A stretch of DNA of 64,000 nt from an uncultured delta proteobacterium (GTDB taxonomy: Bacteria; Desulfobacterota; BSN033; UBA1163): contig CAWHBU010000007.1 in the NCBI GenBank assembly GCA_963827685.1, positions 128,001-192,000 on the forward strand, read 5' to 3'. The notes below the pieces were generated by a model, which worked only from the letters and a program-made list of their open reading frames with translations, was not told where the DNA came from and made no database searches. The translations under genes were made by a program, and so were the position numbers. Shown here one piece after another: positions 19,895-29,276 of this stretch (the first letter of the stretch is position 1; each line of letters begins with the position of its first letter).

Positions 19895-20812
19895 CTATTT
19901 TCTTGAATAGAGAACTTTCCCTGAATTCTTGAAGTCGTAGCTTCCCAATCTTTCAACCCTGCTTCGAAATTCCTGGGAGTTTAGAATTTCGATGAAAGCC
20001 TGAACTCCTTTTTCGAAAAAGGTCGATTGATCAAGGAGCATATCAAAGCTTTCCCGGGTGACCGGGATAAATGGAAGACCGAGGAGTTTAGAAACGGCGA
20101 TGGTCGCAATCCCGACATCCGCTTCCTTTGAGAGGATCGAAAGACCCACTTCAAAATGTGTGTAGACCTCTTTTCCATACCCGTTGATCTTAGAAGGTAA
20201 AATCTGCAATCGCTTCAGGTGATGGTCTAAAAGCATTCTTGTTCCAGAACCCTTCTGCCGATTGACAAACCTGATCCCCTTTTCAGCCAAATCCTCGAAC
20301 CCACCGACATGGAAAGGATTTTTAGGAGCAACGACAAACCCAAGGTCCCGGCGAAAGAGATTGACCACAACGGGTTTCACATTAGGAAGATAGGTTGGAA
20401 GGAAAGGGATATTATATTCACCGCTTTTCGGATCAAATAGGTGAGACCAGGCAATATCCGTGTAACCCATATTTAAGGCCTTGAGTCCGTCGGTGCTTCC
20501 TGTATTGGCAGAAAAGATATAAAATTCAGGATACGATTTTTTCATATAGGTTTGGAGCATATCGAGGATCGGATCGTTGCTGCCCGAAGCCAGAAGGGCC
20601 CCTCCCATTCGTCTGCTTTTCTGCCGAGCCTCTCCAAGACCAATCTTGGCGTTCGATTCAATCCATTCATCAATCAATTTCCTTGGAAAAACCCACTTCC
20701 CGGTTACCCGGGTAGACGGGATCTTTTTGGATTTGATCAAGGCATAGACCTGCTTTTCATGGATTCCCAAATATTTAGCCGCTTCTTTGGTATTCATCAT
20801 CTCGTCTGGCAT
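19895..20812 (-). CDS. excisionase-type HTH (HTH_17) plus periplasmic-binding-like domain regulator (TaoR-like)
   Basis: TKEAAKYLGIHEKQVYALI..IPSTRVTGKWVFP, GSND, GSTDGL, NRQKGSGTR. Confidence 0.85.
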   Translation of the reverse strand: MPDEMMNTKEAAKYLGIHEKQVYALIKSKKIPSTRVTGKWVFPRKLIDEWIESNAKIGLGEARQKSRRMGGALLASGSNDPILDMLQTYMKKSYPEFYIFSANTGSTDGLKALNMGYTDIAWSHLFDPKSGEYNIPFLPTYLPNVKPVVVNLFRRDLGFVVAPKNPFHVGGFEDLAEKGIRFVNRQKGSGTRMLLDHHLKRLQILPSKINGYGKEVYTHFEVGLSILSKEADVGIATIAVSKLLGLPFIPVTRESFDMLLDQSTFFEKGVQAFIEILNSQEFRSRVERLGSYDFKNSGKVLYSRK

Positions 20813-20858
20813 GACTTCCTCCAATAAATAACAAAATATTAAATGAGACGGAAATGCT

Positions 20859-20900
20859 TGTCAATGAATATATTTACAAATAACTACCTTTTATTACTCC
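20859..20900 (-). promoter_or_regulatory. promoter with phased GTA repeats upstream of regulator/tup operon
   Basis: GAGT-AATAAAAGGT-AGTTATTTGT-AAATATATTCA-TTGACA. Confidence 0.55.
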
Positions 20901-21101
20901 AAAATCCCTCTTATTTGGTATCAAATCTTTCTCTTTACTCTTTAAGAGTTACTTTCCCAGTAGGATGGAATTGTTTTCCGATTTCAGACGGAGGTCAGAT
21001 TCCTTGGCTATGAGCACCGATCAGGTCGGGCAGGATGAATAACAGGGGATCATCTGTCAAACTAAAGGCTAAATTATTGGGATGGAAATGTCCATATTAT
21101 G

Positions 21102-21171
21102 AGATAATAAGTAATAAAAAGTAATAATAAGTTATTTTTTTATTGACAACTCGCCTGGCCTCAATTATCAT
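21102..21171 (+). promoter_or_regulatory. promoter with 10-bp direct repeats upstream of the TonB-dependent receptor operon
   Basis: GATAATAAGT-AATAAAAAGT-AATAATAAGT-TATTTTTTTA-TTGACA-N17-TATCAT. Confidence 0.72.
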
Positions 21172-21387
21172 GTGTCACCAATTATGAAACGCCTCTTTTG
21201 AGTAGCTGATCAACATCTTGAAAAAATTGATGCTCCAGTAGCTCGATAGTCCTGGATTGGCATGATGCAGGGAAAGGCAAAAGAAAAAGGCAAATCGTTA
21301 GCGATTCAGCCTTCGGCGATCCTGGGGCAAGAGGTTTTTAAACTCTTGCGAGAAAGATAATTCTACACTTCAATCAAGGAGGGATTT

Positions 21388-23514
21388 ATGAAAAAGGGGG
21401 GAGTTTTCTTGATAGGCATGTGTTTGATTGTTCTTGTTTGCTTCAATGCTGCATGGGCAGAGGAAACTGCTAAAAGCGAGAGTAAGAAAGACTACCAAGT
21501 ATTTGACCTTGGGGAAATCTTTGTAACATCTGAGAAGCCGCCGGCAGTTCAAGATGTGGGCATCAGAAATGAAGTAAGCGCTGAAGACATCAAGGCCACG
21601 AATAGTACTACCGCTGCCGAGGCCTTGGCGTATGTCCCGGGGATTCGGGTTTCAACAGGACGCAAGAACCAACCCACGATTCAAATTCATGGGATGGATC
21701 AAACCCATACTTTGGTCCTCATTGACGGCGTCCCTTATTATGAAACCAAATACGGATTTCTCGATTTGAATGAGATTCCCGTCGATAACATCGCAAAAAT
21801 CGAGGTCACCAAGGGAGCGGCCTCTGTCCTCTACGGACCAAATGCTTTCATGGGGGTTGTCAACATCATTACGAAGAAACCTACTGAAAAACCTTCTGCC
21901 GACGTAACCCTGGAGTTCGGACCCTACGATACTAACAGGGAATCGGTTTCTCATGGCATGAAGGTCGGTATCTTCAGCTACTGGTTGAGCTACACCCATC
22001 AAGAGTCAGACGGATGGAGTTTGCCTAATGCTTTCATTCCACAGATCGGAACCATTACGAAAAAACCAGGGTCTACAACCAACGCCATCTTGCAAGATAC
22101 CGGCCCTCGTATTAATTCTTATTTCAAGACTGACGCCTTCTGGGCCAAAGTGGGCATCGATCCAAATCCAGGCTCAGAATACTATGTGAACTTCCATTAT
22201 ATCACCAGAGATAAAGGGGATCCTCCTTCGATATATGGTGGAACAACATTCCTCAGCCCGCCTGCCAATGCCTTTTCATCCATCTTTGACCAGATTCCAA
22301 AGTACGACGATTGGGGCATCGATTTGAGCGGGCAGCAAAAAGTCCTCAACCAATTGACCCTCAAGGGGAAGTTGTTTTATCACAATCACGTCGATGACTA
22401 CGCTTCCTATTCAGATCCGTATTATAGCAACGAAATTGCAATAAGCAGATACGAAGATTACAATTTGGGTGGGTCACTTATGGCAGACGTTCGACCTTTG
22501 GAGTGGGATATCATCAGGCTTGCTTTTAATTACAGAGGCGATTCCCACAAGGAGCGGGCTAACGATTCCCTGCCCTTTGCACCGTCATTTTCCTACACGG
22601 GGTCCGTTGGTCTTGAGAATGAGTTTAACTTAATAAAAAATTTATCCGTAGTTGCAGGAATCGGCTATGATTGGTTTAATGTCACAGAAGACAAGGTGAA
22701 TCAGATCACCAAGGCAGGAATTTACACCGGGCAAGTGAATGCAGGAAAGCGACCCGAAATGGACAACTGGGATCCAATGATTGGCGCTAACTACAACCTT
22801 ACTGACACCACGAGACTTTTTGGCTCGATTGCTCGCAAGGTGCGCTTCCCGACGCTGAACGACCTCTATTCATCCAAAGGTGGAAATCCAAACCTGAAGG
22901 CTGAAAAAACAATCAACTATACCCTTGGGGTCTCCCAATCCTTATCCAAATACGCAAAGGTAGAACTTGCTGGTTTCTATCATGACATTTCGGACTTCAT
23001 CAGTAACAGTGCAAATCCTATTCAAAATCCTTTGGCCCAGTTCCAAAATTACGCCAAAATCCAGTTGTTAGGGTTTGAGGTAAATGGAGAAATTTCCCCG
23101 ATGAAAGACCTGGTCCTCAATGCCGGTTACATGTTTAATAATGCCAGAGATAGAAGTATAGGTGCGGTAACGAGCGATGTCGCCAATATCCCTGAACATA
23201 AAATTGACGTAGGGGTCCACTATACGATCCCTTACGTCACGATTCCTTACATCAACAGCGCTACTCGTCTTGATCTTGAAGGCATCTATATGGCCAGGGT
23301 CTTCAGCCAGGTTCCAACCCCCCAATTTCCAACTCAGGCGACACAAATGGTCCACGGCTACTTTACTGCAAATGCCAGAATTTCAACGAGTTTCCTAAAA
23401 TATTTTGAAGCCTATCTGGCGGTCAACAACATCTTCGACAAGAATTATCAGTCAGAATACGGCTTCCCCGGTCCAGGGCGATGTTATTATGTCGGAATTT
23501 CTGCGAGGTATTAA
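21388..23514 (+). CDS. TonB-dependent outer-membrane receptor
   Basis: Signal peptide, TonB box LGEIFVT, plug motifs LIDGVP and IEVTKGAASVLYG..GVVNIITK, NNIFDKNY, aromatic C-terminus. Confidence 0.92.
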   Translation: MKKGGVFLIGMCLIVLVCFNAAWAEETAKSESKKDYQVFDLGEIFVTSEKPPAVQDVGIRNEVSAEDIKATNSTTAAEALAYVPGIRVSTGRKNQPTIQIHGMDQTHTLVLIDGVPYYETKYGFLDLNEIPVDNIAKIEVTKGAASVLYGPNAFMGVVNIITKKPTEKPSADVTLEFGPYDTNRESVSHGMKVGIFSYWLSYTHQESDGWSLPNAFIPQIGTITKKPGSTTNAILQDTGPRINSYFKTDAFWAKVGIDPNPGSEYYVNFHYITRDKGDPPSIYGGTTFLSPPANAFSSIFDQIPKYDDWGIDLSGQQKVLNQLTLKGKLFYHNHVDDYASYSDPYYSNEIAISRYEDYNLGGSLMADVRPLEWDIIRLAFNYRGDSHKERANDSLPFAPSFSYTGSVGLENEFNLIKNLSVVAGIGYDWFNVTEDKVNQITKAGIYTGQVNAGKRPEMDNWDPMIGANYNLTDTTRLFGSIARKVRFPTLNDLYSSKGGNPNLKAEKTINYTLGVSQSLSKYAKVELAGFYHDISDFISNSANPIQNPLAQFQNYAKIQLLGFEVNGEISPMKDLVLNAGYMFNNARDRSIGAVTSDVANIPEHKIDVGVHYTIPYVTIPYINSATRLDLEGIYMARVFSQVPTPQFPTQATQMVHGYFTANARISTSFLKYFEAYLAVNNIFDKNYQSEYGFPGPGRCYYVGISARY

Positions 23515-23648
23515 TACAAACGCATTAAATAAATTGTCTTTGCGAGGAATGAAATGACGAAGCAATCTCGTATTTATGGAGCGAGATTGCCACGCTCCCG
23601 CTGGTCGCTCGCAATGACAATGTAAAAGCATTTAATGCGTTTGTATTA
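23512..23648. repeat. palindromic REP/MITE-like element
   Basis: 19-bp terminal IR TAATACAAACGCATTAAAT enclosing TTGCGAG..GCAATCTC..GAGATTGC..CTCGCAA. Confidence 0.8.
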
Positions 23649-23702
23649 GTTGTTAAGGGTTCTCCCCGAGGACCAATGAGCATCACAAAAAAGGAGGATC
23701 AT

Positions 23703-25460
23703 ATGAAAAAAAAGTTAGCGTTGCCACATTTTTTCCTTTTCATCTTCTTTTTATGTTTTCTTGCAGTAAATGGATGGACAGCATCCTTACCAACGATCAG
23801 CATCACAGGCTCGGTCAGGCAGCCTTTAAATCTGACCCTCGAAGACCTGCAAAGATTAGAAACCGTTACGGTCCGGTTGAATGAGGTGACCAGGGATCAT
23901 CAATATAACGGCGCATTTTATTTCCGGGGGGTTCCCTTAAAAACATTGCTTGAACTTGCCTATGTTCAAAAAGAAGAAACAGGCTTTTCAAAACTTAATG
24001 ACCTTGCCGTTGTGGTGCGTAATAAGGACGGAAAGCAGACCGTCCTTTCATGGGGGGAGGTATTTTTCAGCAACCCCGGAGAAGTGGTACTGACCTTTTC
24101 CGGTACTCCCATTATGCCGCACGCAGACTGCAAGATTTGTCATGGGCCTGAGGTTTATCAGTCCAGGCTGGACATTCTTTCACGCCGGGTAGGCCTCCCC
24201 AAACTTGTCGTTGCCAATGATTTCTACACAGACCGTTCCCTTGAAGACGTAACAAATATCGAAGTGGTTGATCTGCATCTCAAAATGGTTTTTAAAAAAA
24301 CTCAAAACCTCTTCTCACCTGGGTTCATGGTAACAGGCGATGTAAAACAAACCTTAAATATCTCTGAACTTGCTTCTTATCCCCGTGCCGAGGCTCCGGC
24401 GAAAATGATAGGAGACGGAGCAGGTTATCATGGCCTGGAGTCTTACGGAGGGGTCCTTCTTTCAGAACTCCTCAAAAAAGCAGGCGTAACACCGGATTTT
24501 AATCAAGCCATCGTCATCTCAGCGCCTGATGGTTACCGTACCCTTCTTTCCTGTGGAGAAGTGTTCTTATCTTCAAGAGGAAAGAGCATCATGATTGCCG
24601 ATCAGGTGGCAAATCAACCTGTCAAGAAGGATGGGAAGTTTAAGCTTATCCTACCCGATGATCTCTCCGCTGACCGGACGGTGAAAGCCGTCAGCAAGAT
24701 CGAGGTGGTGTCCTTAAACCCCAAATCCAATTTCTACATTATAGGATTGGGCTGTTCCGACACCCGACTGGTTACCCTGGAGGCTATTTCCGCCATGGGC
24801 AAAGCTGATATCTTTGTTTGCGTAGAGGACCTCCAGAAACGGTTCGCCAAATACATCGGGAACAAACCGGTGCTCTTTGATCCTTTCAAGAGCAAACGGC
24901 ACCAGGCTAAACAGAGCTCTTCCCATGTGGATGCTAAGTACGGCCAGGAATCTATTACTGAGGAGACAAAGCGCGACATCCAAACGATCCGGGAAGCGCT
25001 CCAAGCCGGGAAAACGGTTGCCTTTCTCGAATACGGCGACCCAACCCTCTATCCAAGCTGGATGCACTGGCTCGGCGACTTGGCGAAAGAAGCGCATTAC
25101 ATCCCGGGCATCAGCGCTTTTAACGCCTCGAACGCTATGATCGGGAGGCATATTGGCTGTAAGGGATCGATCATTCTCACAGTCCCAAGGGGTCTGCAGG
25201 AGAATGAGCCCCTGCTCAAGGCAGTAGCGGAAAATGGCGACACGGTGGCTATCTTTGTCGGGCTGAAGGAGTTGAAAAATCTCAAACCTCTCTTCCAAAA
25301 GCACTACGCAAACACAACACCCGTCCATCTTGTCTACAGGGCAGGATATTCTGACAGTGAATATTTGGTGAAAACCACGATTGCAGAAGTTGTCGAGGTG
25401 GCGGAGAAAGAACAGGAGAAGTATTTGGGAATGATTTATATCGGCCCGTGCCTGAAGTAG
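23703..25460 (+). CDS. secreted fusion: two molybdopterin-oxidoreductase-like domains with CxxCH plus C-terminal tetrapyrrole (CobM/CbiF-like) methylase domain
   Basis: Signal peptide; ITGSVRQPLNLTLEDL/GVPLKTLL and VTGDVKQTL/GVLLSELL/APDGY; CKICH; IIGLG..D..VTLEA..ADI, YGDPTLY, IPGISAF. Confidence 0.75.
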   Translation: MKKKLALPHFFLFIFFLCFLAVNGWTASLPTISITGSVRQPLNLTLEDLQRLETVTVRLNEVTRDHQYNGAFYFRGVPLKTLLELAYVQKEETGFSKLNDLAVVVRNKDGKQTVLSWGEVFFSNPGEVVLTFSGTPIMPHADCKICHGPEVYQSRLDILSRRVGLPKLVVANDFYTDRSLEDVTNIEVVDLHLKMVFKKTQNLFSPGFMVTGDVKQTLNISELASYPRAEAPAKMIGDGAGYHGLESYGGVLLSELLKKAGVTPDFNQAIVISAPDGYRTLLSCGEVFLSSRGKSIMIADQVANQPVKKDGKFKLILPDDLSADRTVKAVSKIEVVSLNPKSNFYIIGLGCSDTRLVTLEAISAMGKADIFVCVEDLQKRFAKYIGNKPVLFDPFKSKRHQAKQSSSHVDAKYGQESITEETKRDIQTIREALQAGKTVAFLEYGDPTLYPSWMHWLGDLAKEAHYIPGISAFNASNAMIGRHIGCKGSIILTVPRGLQENEPLLKAVAENGDTVAIFVGLKELKNLKPLFQKHYANTTPVHLVYRAGYSDSEYLVKTTIAEVVEVAEKEQEKYLGMIYIGPCLK

Positions 25461-25470
25461 AGCCCGAGTC

Positions 25471-26808
25471 ATGCAACTCAAGCGCAGGCTTAACCTTTTT
25501 GATGCGACTCTGCTCGTTATCGGTAACGTGGTTGGGGCAGGTATCTTCACAACGAGCGGCTTTTTGGCCGGTGAGCTGCCCCAACCCTTGCTTTTTATCG
25601 CCATCTGGGTCATAGGGGGACTTCTTACGTTATGCGGAGCCTTGACCTATGCCGAGATGGCGGGGATGTTTCCCCGTTCGGGCGGAGATTACCAATTCTT
25701 AAAAGAGGCATATGGCCCATGGGCGGGTTTTCTCCTGGGCTGGGTCAGCTTTTGGGTGATCACCCCAGGCTCCATTGCCGTGCTTTCCATTGCGATGGTA
25801 GCGTATATAAAAGGTTTTCTCCCTCTTCATTACGCTCTTTCAGAAAAGTTCTTAGCAGTGGCAATCATCTCTTTCCTCTCTTTTATAAACTACCGAGGGG
25901 TACGCTTGAGTGGAACGATACAGGACATTTTTACCCTGGGAAACCTGCTCATCATTCTTGCATTAATCTTAGGCGGATTAACATCTGGAAACGGCAATTG
26001 GCAGCACTTTACGGCGGCCTCTCCAGCCTCTTTGCCTTTTCCCAAACTTTTTGGACCCGCGATGATTGCGGTGCTTTTTACTTATAGCGGTTGGTTTGCT
26101 TCTGCCTACATTGGGGCCGAAGTCAAAAACCCTGAGAGGAATCTTCCCTTTTCCCTGTTATTGGGGACAATCATCGTTACCCTTTTTTACACGGCTATCA
26201 ATCTTGTTTATCTCTATGCCCTTCCGCTTTCACAACTGAAAGGTACTGTCAATGTGGCACAAGTTACGGCAGGGACCCTTTTCAACCCCAGGGTTGCTCA
26301 GGTCGTTTCCTTATCGATCATTCTGGCTATCAGCGGCAGCATCAATGCGACGATCCTTGGGGGAACGCGCATCTATTACGCGATGGCTGAAGACAAGATC
26401 TTCTGGTCCCCCCTGAAAAGGCTTCACCCCAAGTACGGCACTCCCCATTTTTCCATTTTGAGTCAACTGATTTTAGCCTGCATCCTGGTTTCATTAGGAA
26501 CGTTTGGCCAATTGCTAAGCTATGTGGTGTTTGTGATGCTACTCTCCTCCATTGCCGCAGGCGTGGCCCATTTTATATTGCGTCTGCGAAAACCGGGCCT
26601 GCCAAGACCTTACCGCACCGGAGCATATCCTGTTGTCCCTCTCCTATTTATTTGTTTTTATATTTGGATTGCCATTCAAATAGCCTATGCCAAGCCGCTG
26701 ACCTCCATCGCAGGTCTGATCATCACTCTTTCTGGATTGCCTTTCTTTATCTGGTTTAAAACAATCAGATTTCGAGGAAAAAACAAGATGGATTACGGAA
26801 TGGCTTAG
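25471..26808 (+). CDS. APC family amino-acid permease
   Basis: GNVVGAGIF, YAEMAGMFPRSGGDY, YSGW, EVKNPERNLP, RPYRT. Confidence 0.88.
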   Translation: MQLKRRLNLFDATLLVIGNVVGAGIFTTSGFLAGELPQPLLFIAIWVIGGLLTLCGALTYAEMAGMFPRSGGDYQFLKEAYGPWAGFLLGWVSFWVITPGSIAVLSIAMVAYIKGFLPLHYALSEKFLAVAIISFLSFINYRGVRLSGTIQDIFTLGNLLIILALILGGLTSGNGNWQHFTAASPASLPFPKLFGPAMIAVLFTYSGWFASAYIGAEVKNPERNLPFSLLLGTIIVTLFYTAINLVYLYALPLSQLKGTVNVAQVTAGTLFNPRVAQVVSLSIILAISGSINATILGGTRIYYAMAEDKIFWSPLKRLHPKYGTPHFSILSQLILACILVSLGTFGQLLSYVVFVMLLSSIAAGVAHFILRLRKPGLPRPYRTGAYPVVPLLFICFYIWIAIQIAYAKPLTSIAGLIITLSGLPFFIWFKTIRFRGKNKMDYGMA

Positions 26809-26964
26809 GATGTGGATTTTCGGGTACCACAAGCTCTTAAAATCGTAGTCAACACTTATCGAATTAAAGTTCCCCTTGTAAATGATGATGTGCTTTGAGC
26901 ACAGTAGCAATAAATGACAGACTCTTTTCTTAGAGCGGCGCCTGGTCTTCAAAGGAGGAATGAG

Positions 26965-27588
26965 ATGTTTGCAGGGAAAACAGTGTGGGAAATCATTCAG
27001 ATTGGTGGTTTCACGATGTACATCCTACTCTTCTGCTCTTTTTTATCCATCACCATCCTTTTGGAAAGGATCATTTACTACAGAAGACTATCCCGAACCA
27101 AAAGATCGGAATTTATGACGAGAATAAAAAGGGCATTGAAAAGTGGGAGTATTGAAAAGGCCATGGAAATCTGCAAGCACACTCATGCGCCTATCTCGAA
27201 TGTCATTTATTCCGGACTGGTGCTCCATGATCACCATGAAAAACAAATATCCAGCGCGATGGAGCGAGAGATCACGGTCGAAACCACAAAATTAGAGCGT
27301 TTCACGAGCATCGTGGGAACCATTGGGAACACGGCTGTTTATATCGGGCTCTTTGGAACAGTGCTCGGGATCATCAGGGCATTTCATGATATCGCCGTGG
27401 CCGGAGCCGGTGGAATGAGCATTGTCATCGGGGGGGTGGCCGAAGCACTGGTCTGTACGGCCATGGGGCTTTTCGTAGCTGTCCCTGCAGTCATCGCATT
27501 CAATTACTTTATGAAAAGAGTTGAACGGTTTATCAATGATATGGAAATATGCGCTTCCGAATTAATCGACCTGATGGGCAAGGAATAA
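26965..27588 (+). CDS. exbB: MotA/TolQ/ExbB proton channel protein
   Basis: IGLFGTVLGIIRAF, GVAEALVCTAMGL. Confidence 0.88.
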   Translation: MFAGKTVWEIIQIGGFTMYILLFCSFLSITILLERIIYYRRLSRTKRSEFMTRIKRALKSGSIEKAMEICKHTHAPISNVIYSGLVLHDHHEKQISSAMEREITVETTKLERFTSIVGTIGNTAVYIGLFGTVLGIIRAFHDIAVAGAGGMSIVIGGVAEALVCTAMGLFVAVPAVIAFNYFMKRVERFINDMEICASELIDLMGKE

Positions 27589-27594
27589 AGTATT

Positions 27595-27996
27595 ATGAAG
27601 AGAAAAAATAGAAGATCCCGATTAATGGCAGAGATTAACATCACCCCTTTTACCGATGTGGTTCTGGTTCTATTGATCATCTTCATGATCGCTACCCCTT
27701 TCATTTATCAATCCAGTCTGAAAGTTCAATTGCCCAAGGCATCGAAATCTGAGGAGACATCGCGAGACATCATCATCAACATTAATGCTCAGGGAGAGGT
27801 TTTCTTTGAGGATACGAAACTTGATTTAGAGACGCTCAAATATAAGCTGAGGGCTATGATGAGAAGTAAGCCGGACGCGTTTGTGATTGTTAACGGGGAT
27901 AAGAATGTCAAATATGATTCAGTGATACAGGTGATGGATGTCTTAACGCAATCGGGCGTCAAGAACCCTGGCTTAGGGATAGAACTAAAAAAATGA
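27595..27996 (+). CDS. exbD: ExbD/TolR protein
   Basis: EINITPFTDVVLVLLIIFMI. Confidence 0.9.
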   Translation: MKRKNRRSRLMAEINITPFTDVVLVLLIIFMIATPFIYQSSLKVQLPKASKSEETSRDIIININAQGEVFFEDTKLDLETLKYKLRAMMRSKPDAFVIVNGDKNVKYDSVIQVMDVLTQSGVKNPGLGIELKK

Positions 27997-28949
27997 ATAG
28001 ATTAAAAATTGTGGGGAAACAACCCCGTCTTCTTATGGATTTACCTCAATCGGATACAGGGGGACTGTTGAGGACAGGGGTTTTCTCTTTCCTCCTCCAT
28101 ATTGTCTTAATCAGCTTTCTGATTCTTAACCTGAAGACAGGAACCACAAGAGGTAGGTTTCCTGTTTATCGGGTGACCATTCAACCCTTATCCCTTCAGA
28201 ACAACTCGAAACCCCTTCTCCCCCAGGCGTTGCCAGCTCCCCAGCCCATTCCTGTAAAACCTCAAATTCAGAAAGAAGAAATTAGGCCAAAGGAAGACGT
28301 AAAAAAGAATGAACCTGTTAAAGAACCAAAACAAGTCACTCAACTCAAGGAGGATGAGCAAACCATACAAAAGCCAATCCCCTTACCAATGGCTGAAACA
28401 TCGACTTTGAATACGGACTTAACACTGAAAAAGGAAGAAATTCTCTCTATTCCTACGGTCCTCCCCCCTCAAGAAAAAAATACCTTAACAAAATCAGGAA
28501 CTGGAGGTTCTTCCCTCAGCGGTTCTGGTGAAGGAGAAGGAATTGGAGGAGGGTCTCGATGGGGAGGTATAGGAAAAGGGACTGGGACGGAACGAGGGGG
28601 TTCCGGTTTTGGAGGTTCCGGAAAAGGGTCAGGGACTGGAAAGGGGGGCGGTCGGGGTGGTTCTGGTGCAGCCTCACCCATATATGGTGAGAATCCAAAA
28701 CCTCCCTATCCTCTGGAAGCCAGGGAAAGAGGATACCAGGGGAAAGTCTTATTGAAGGTGGAGGTTCTTCCCGATGGCCGGGTGGGTGAGATTGAGTTGA
28801 AAGAGTCTTCTGGCTACGAAGTGCTTGATCAATCTGCTCTCGCCACGGTGAAAAAATGGAGATTTATTCCTGCCAGGAAGGGAAAAGTTGCAATCTCCTG
28901 CTGGGTAAACGTACCGATTACTTTTCAGCTCAAAGATATTTCCTTCTGA
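27993..28949 (+). CDS. tonB: TonB energy transducer
   Basis: TM with His (LLHIVL), Pro/Lys- then Gly-rich linker, PPYP..A..GYQG.V, SSG..LD, WRF.PA. Confidence 0.88.
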   Translation: MNRLKIVGKQPRLLMDLPQSDTGGLLRTGVFSFLLHIVLISFLILNLKTGTTRGRFPVYRVTIQPLSLQNNSKPLLPQALPAPQPIPVKPQIQKEEIRPKEDVKKNEPVKEPKQVTQLKEDEQTIQKPIPLPMAETSTLNTDLTLKKEEILSIPTVLPPQEKNTLTKSGTGGSSLSGSGEGEGIGGGSRWGGIGKGTGTERGGSGFGGSGKGSGTGKGGGRGGSGAASPIYGENPKPPYPLEARERGYQGKVLLKVEVLPDGRVGEIELKESSGYEVLDQSALATVKKWRFIPARKGKVAISCWVNVPITFQLKDISF

Positions 28950-29073
28950 GCTGGTATAAGATATTTGGTGTAAAAAGAGAGAGGGGTGTTATCCTCTTAG
29001 GAAGATTTTCGGCAAAATACAATCCCAATGAGAAAGGAGGCCAGGTTTTTGGGTTGAAAATGTGAATAATATA

Positions 29074-29134
29074 AGATAATAAGTAATAAAAAGTTATTTT
29101 TTTTCTTGACAAATAAAATCCTCCTTATTATTAT
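29074..29134 (+). promoter_or_regulatory. promoter sharing an identical 21-bp repeat block with 21102-21122
   Basis: AGATAATAAGTAATAAAAAGT-TATTTTTTTTC-TTGACA-N17-TATTAT. Confidence 0.72.
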
Positions 29135-29276
29135 GTTGACTCGATTTTTGGAAATTCGTTGCAATCCTTGGAAAGGAAGGGAAGATTTGACTCAAGTGAA
29201 GTTGGTTGTGAATTTTATTAATACGCTCAGAAATCACGAAACACGATTCACGAATCACAGAAGGAGGAGGGGGGAG

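Noticed and set aside
21180-21387. Moco/Wco or cobalamin riboswitch before the TBDR
   Set aside because: Signature segments (CCUAAG..GCCUCCCG; GGGAA..ACUG..CCCCGC, GCCACUG) are not found
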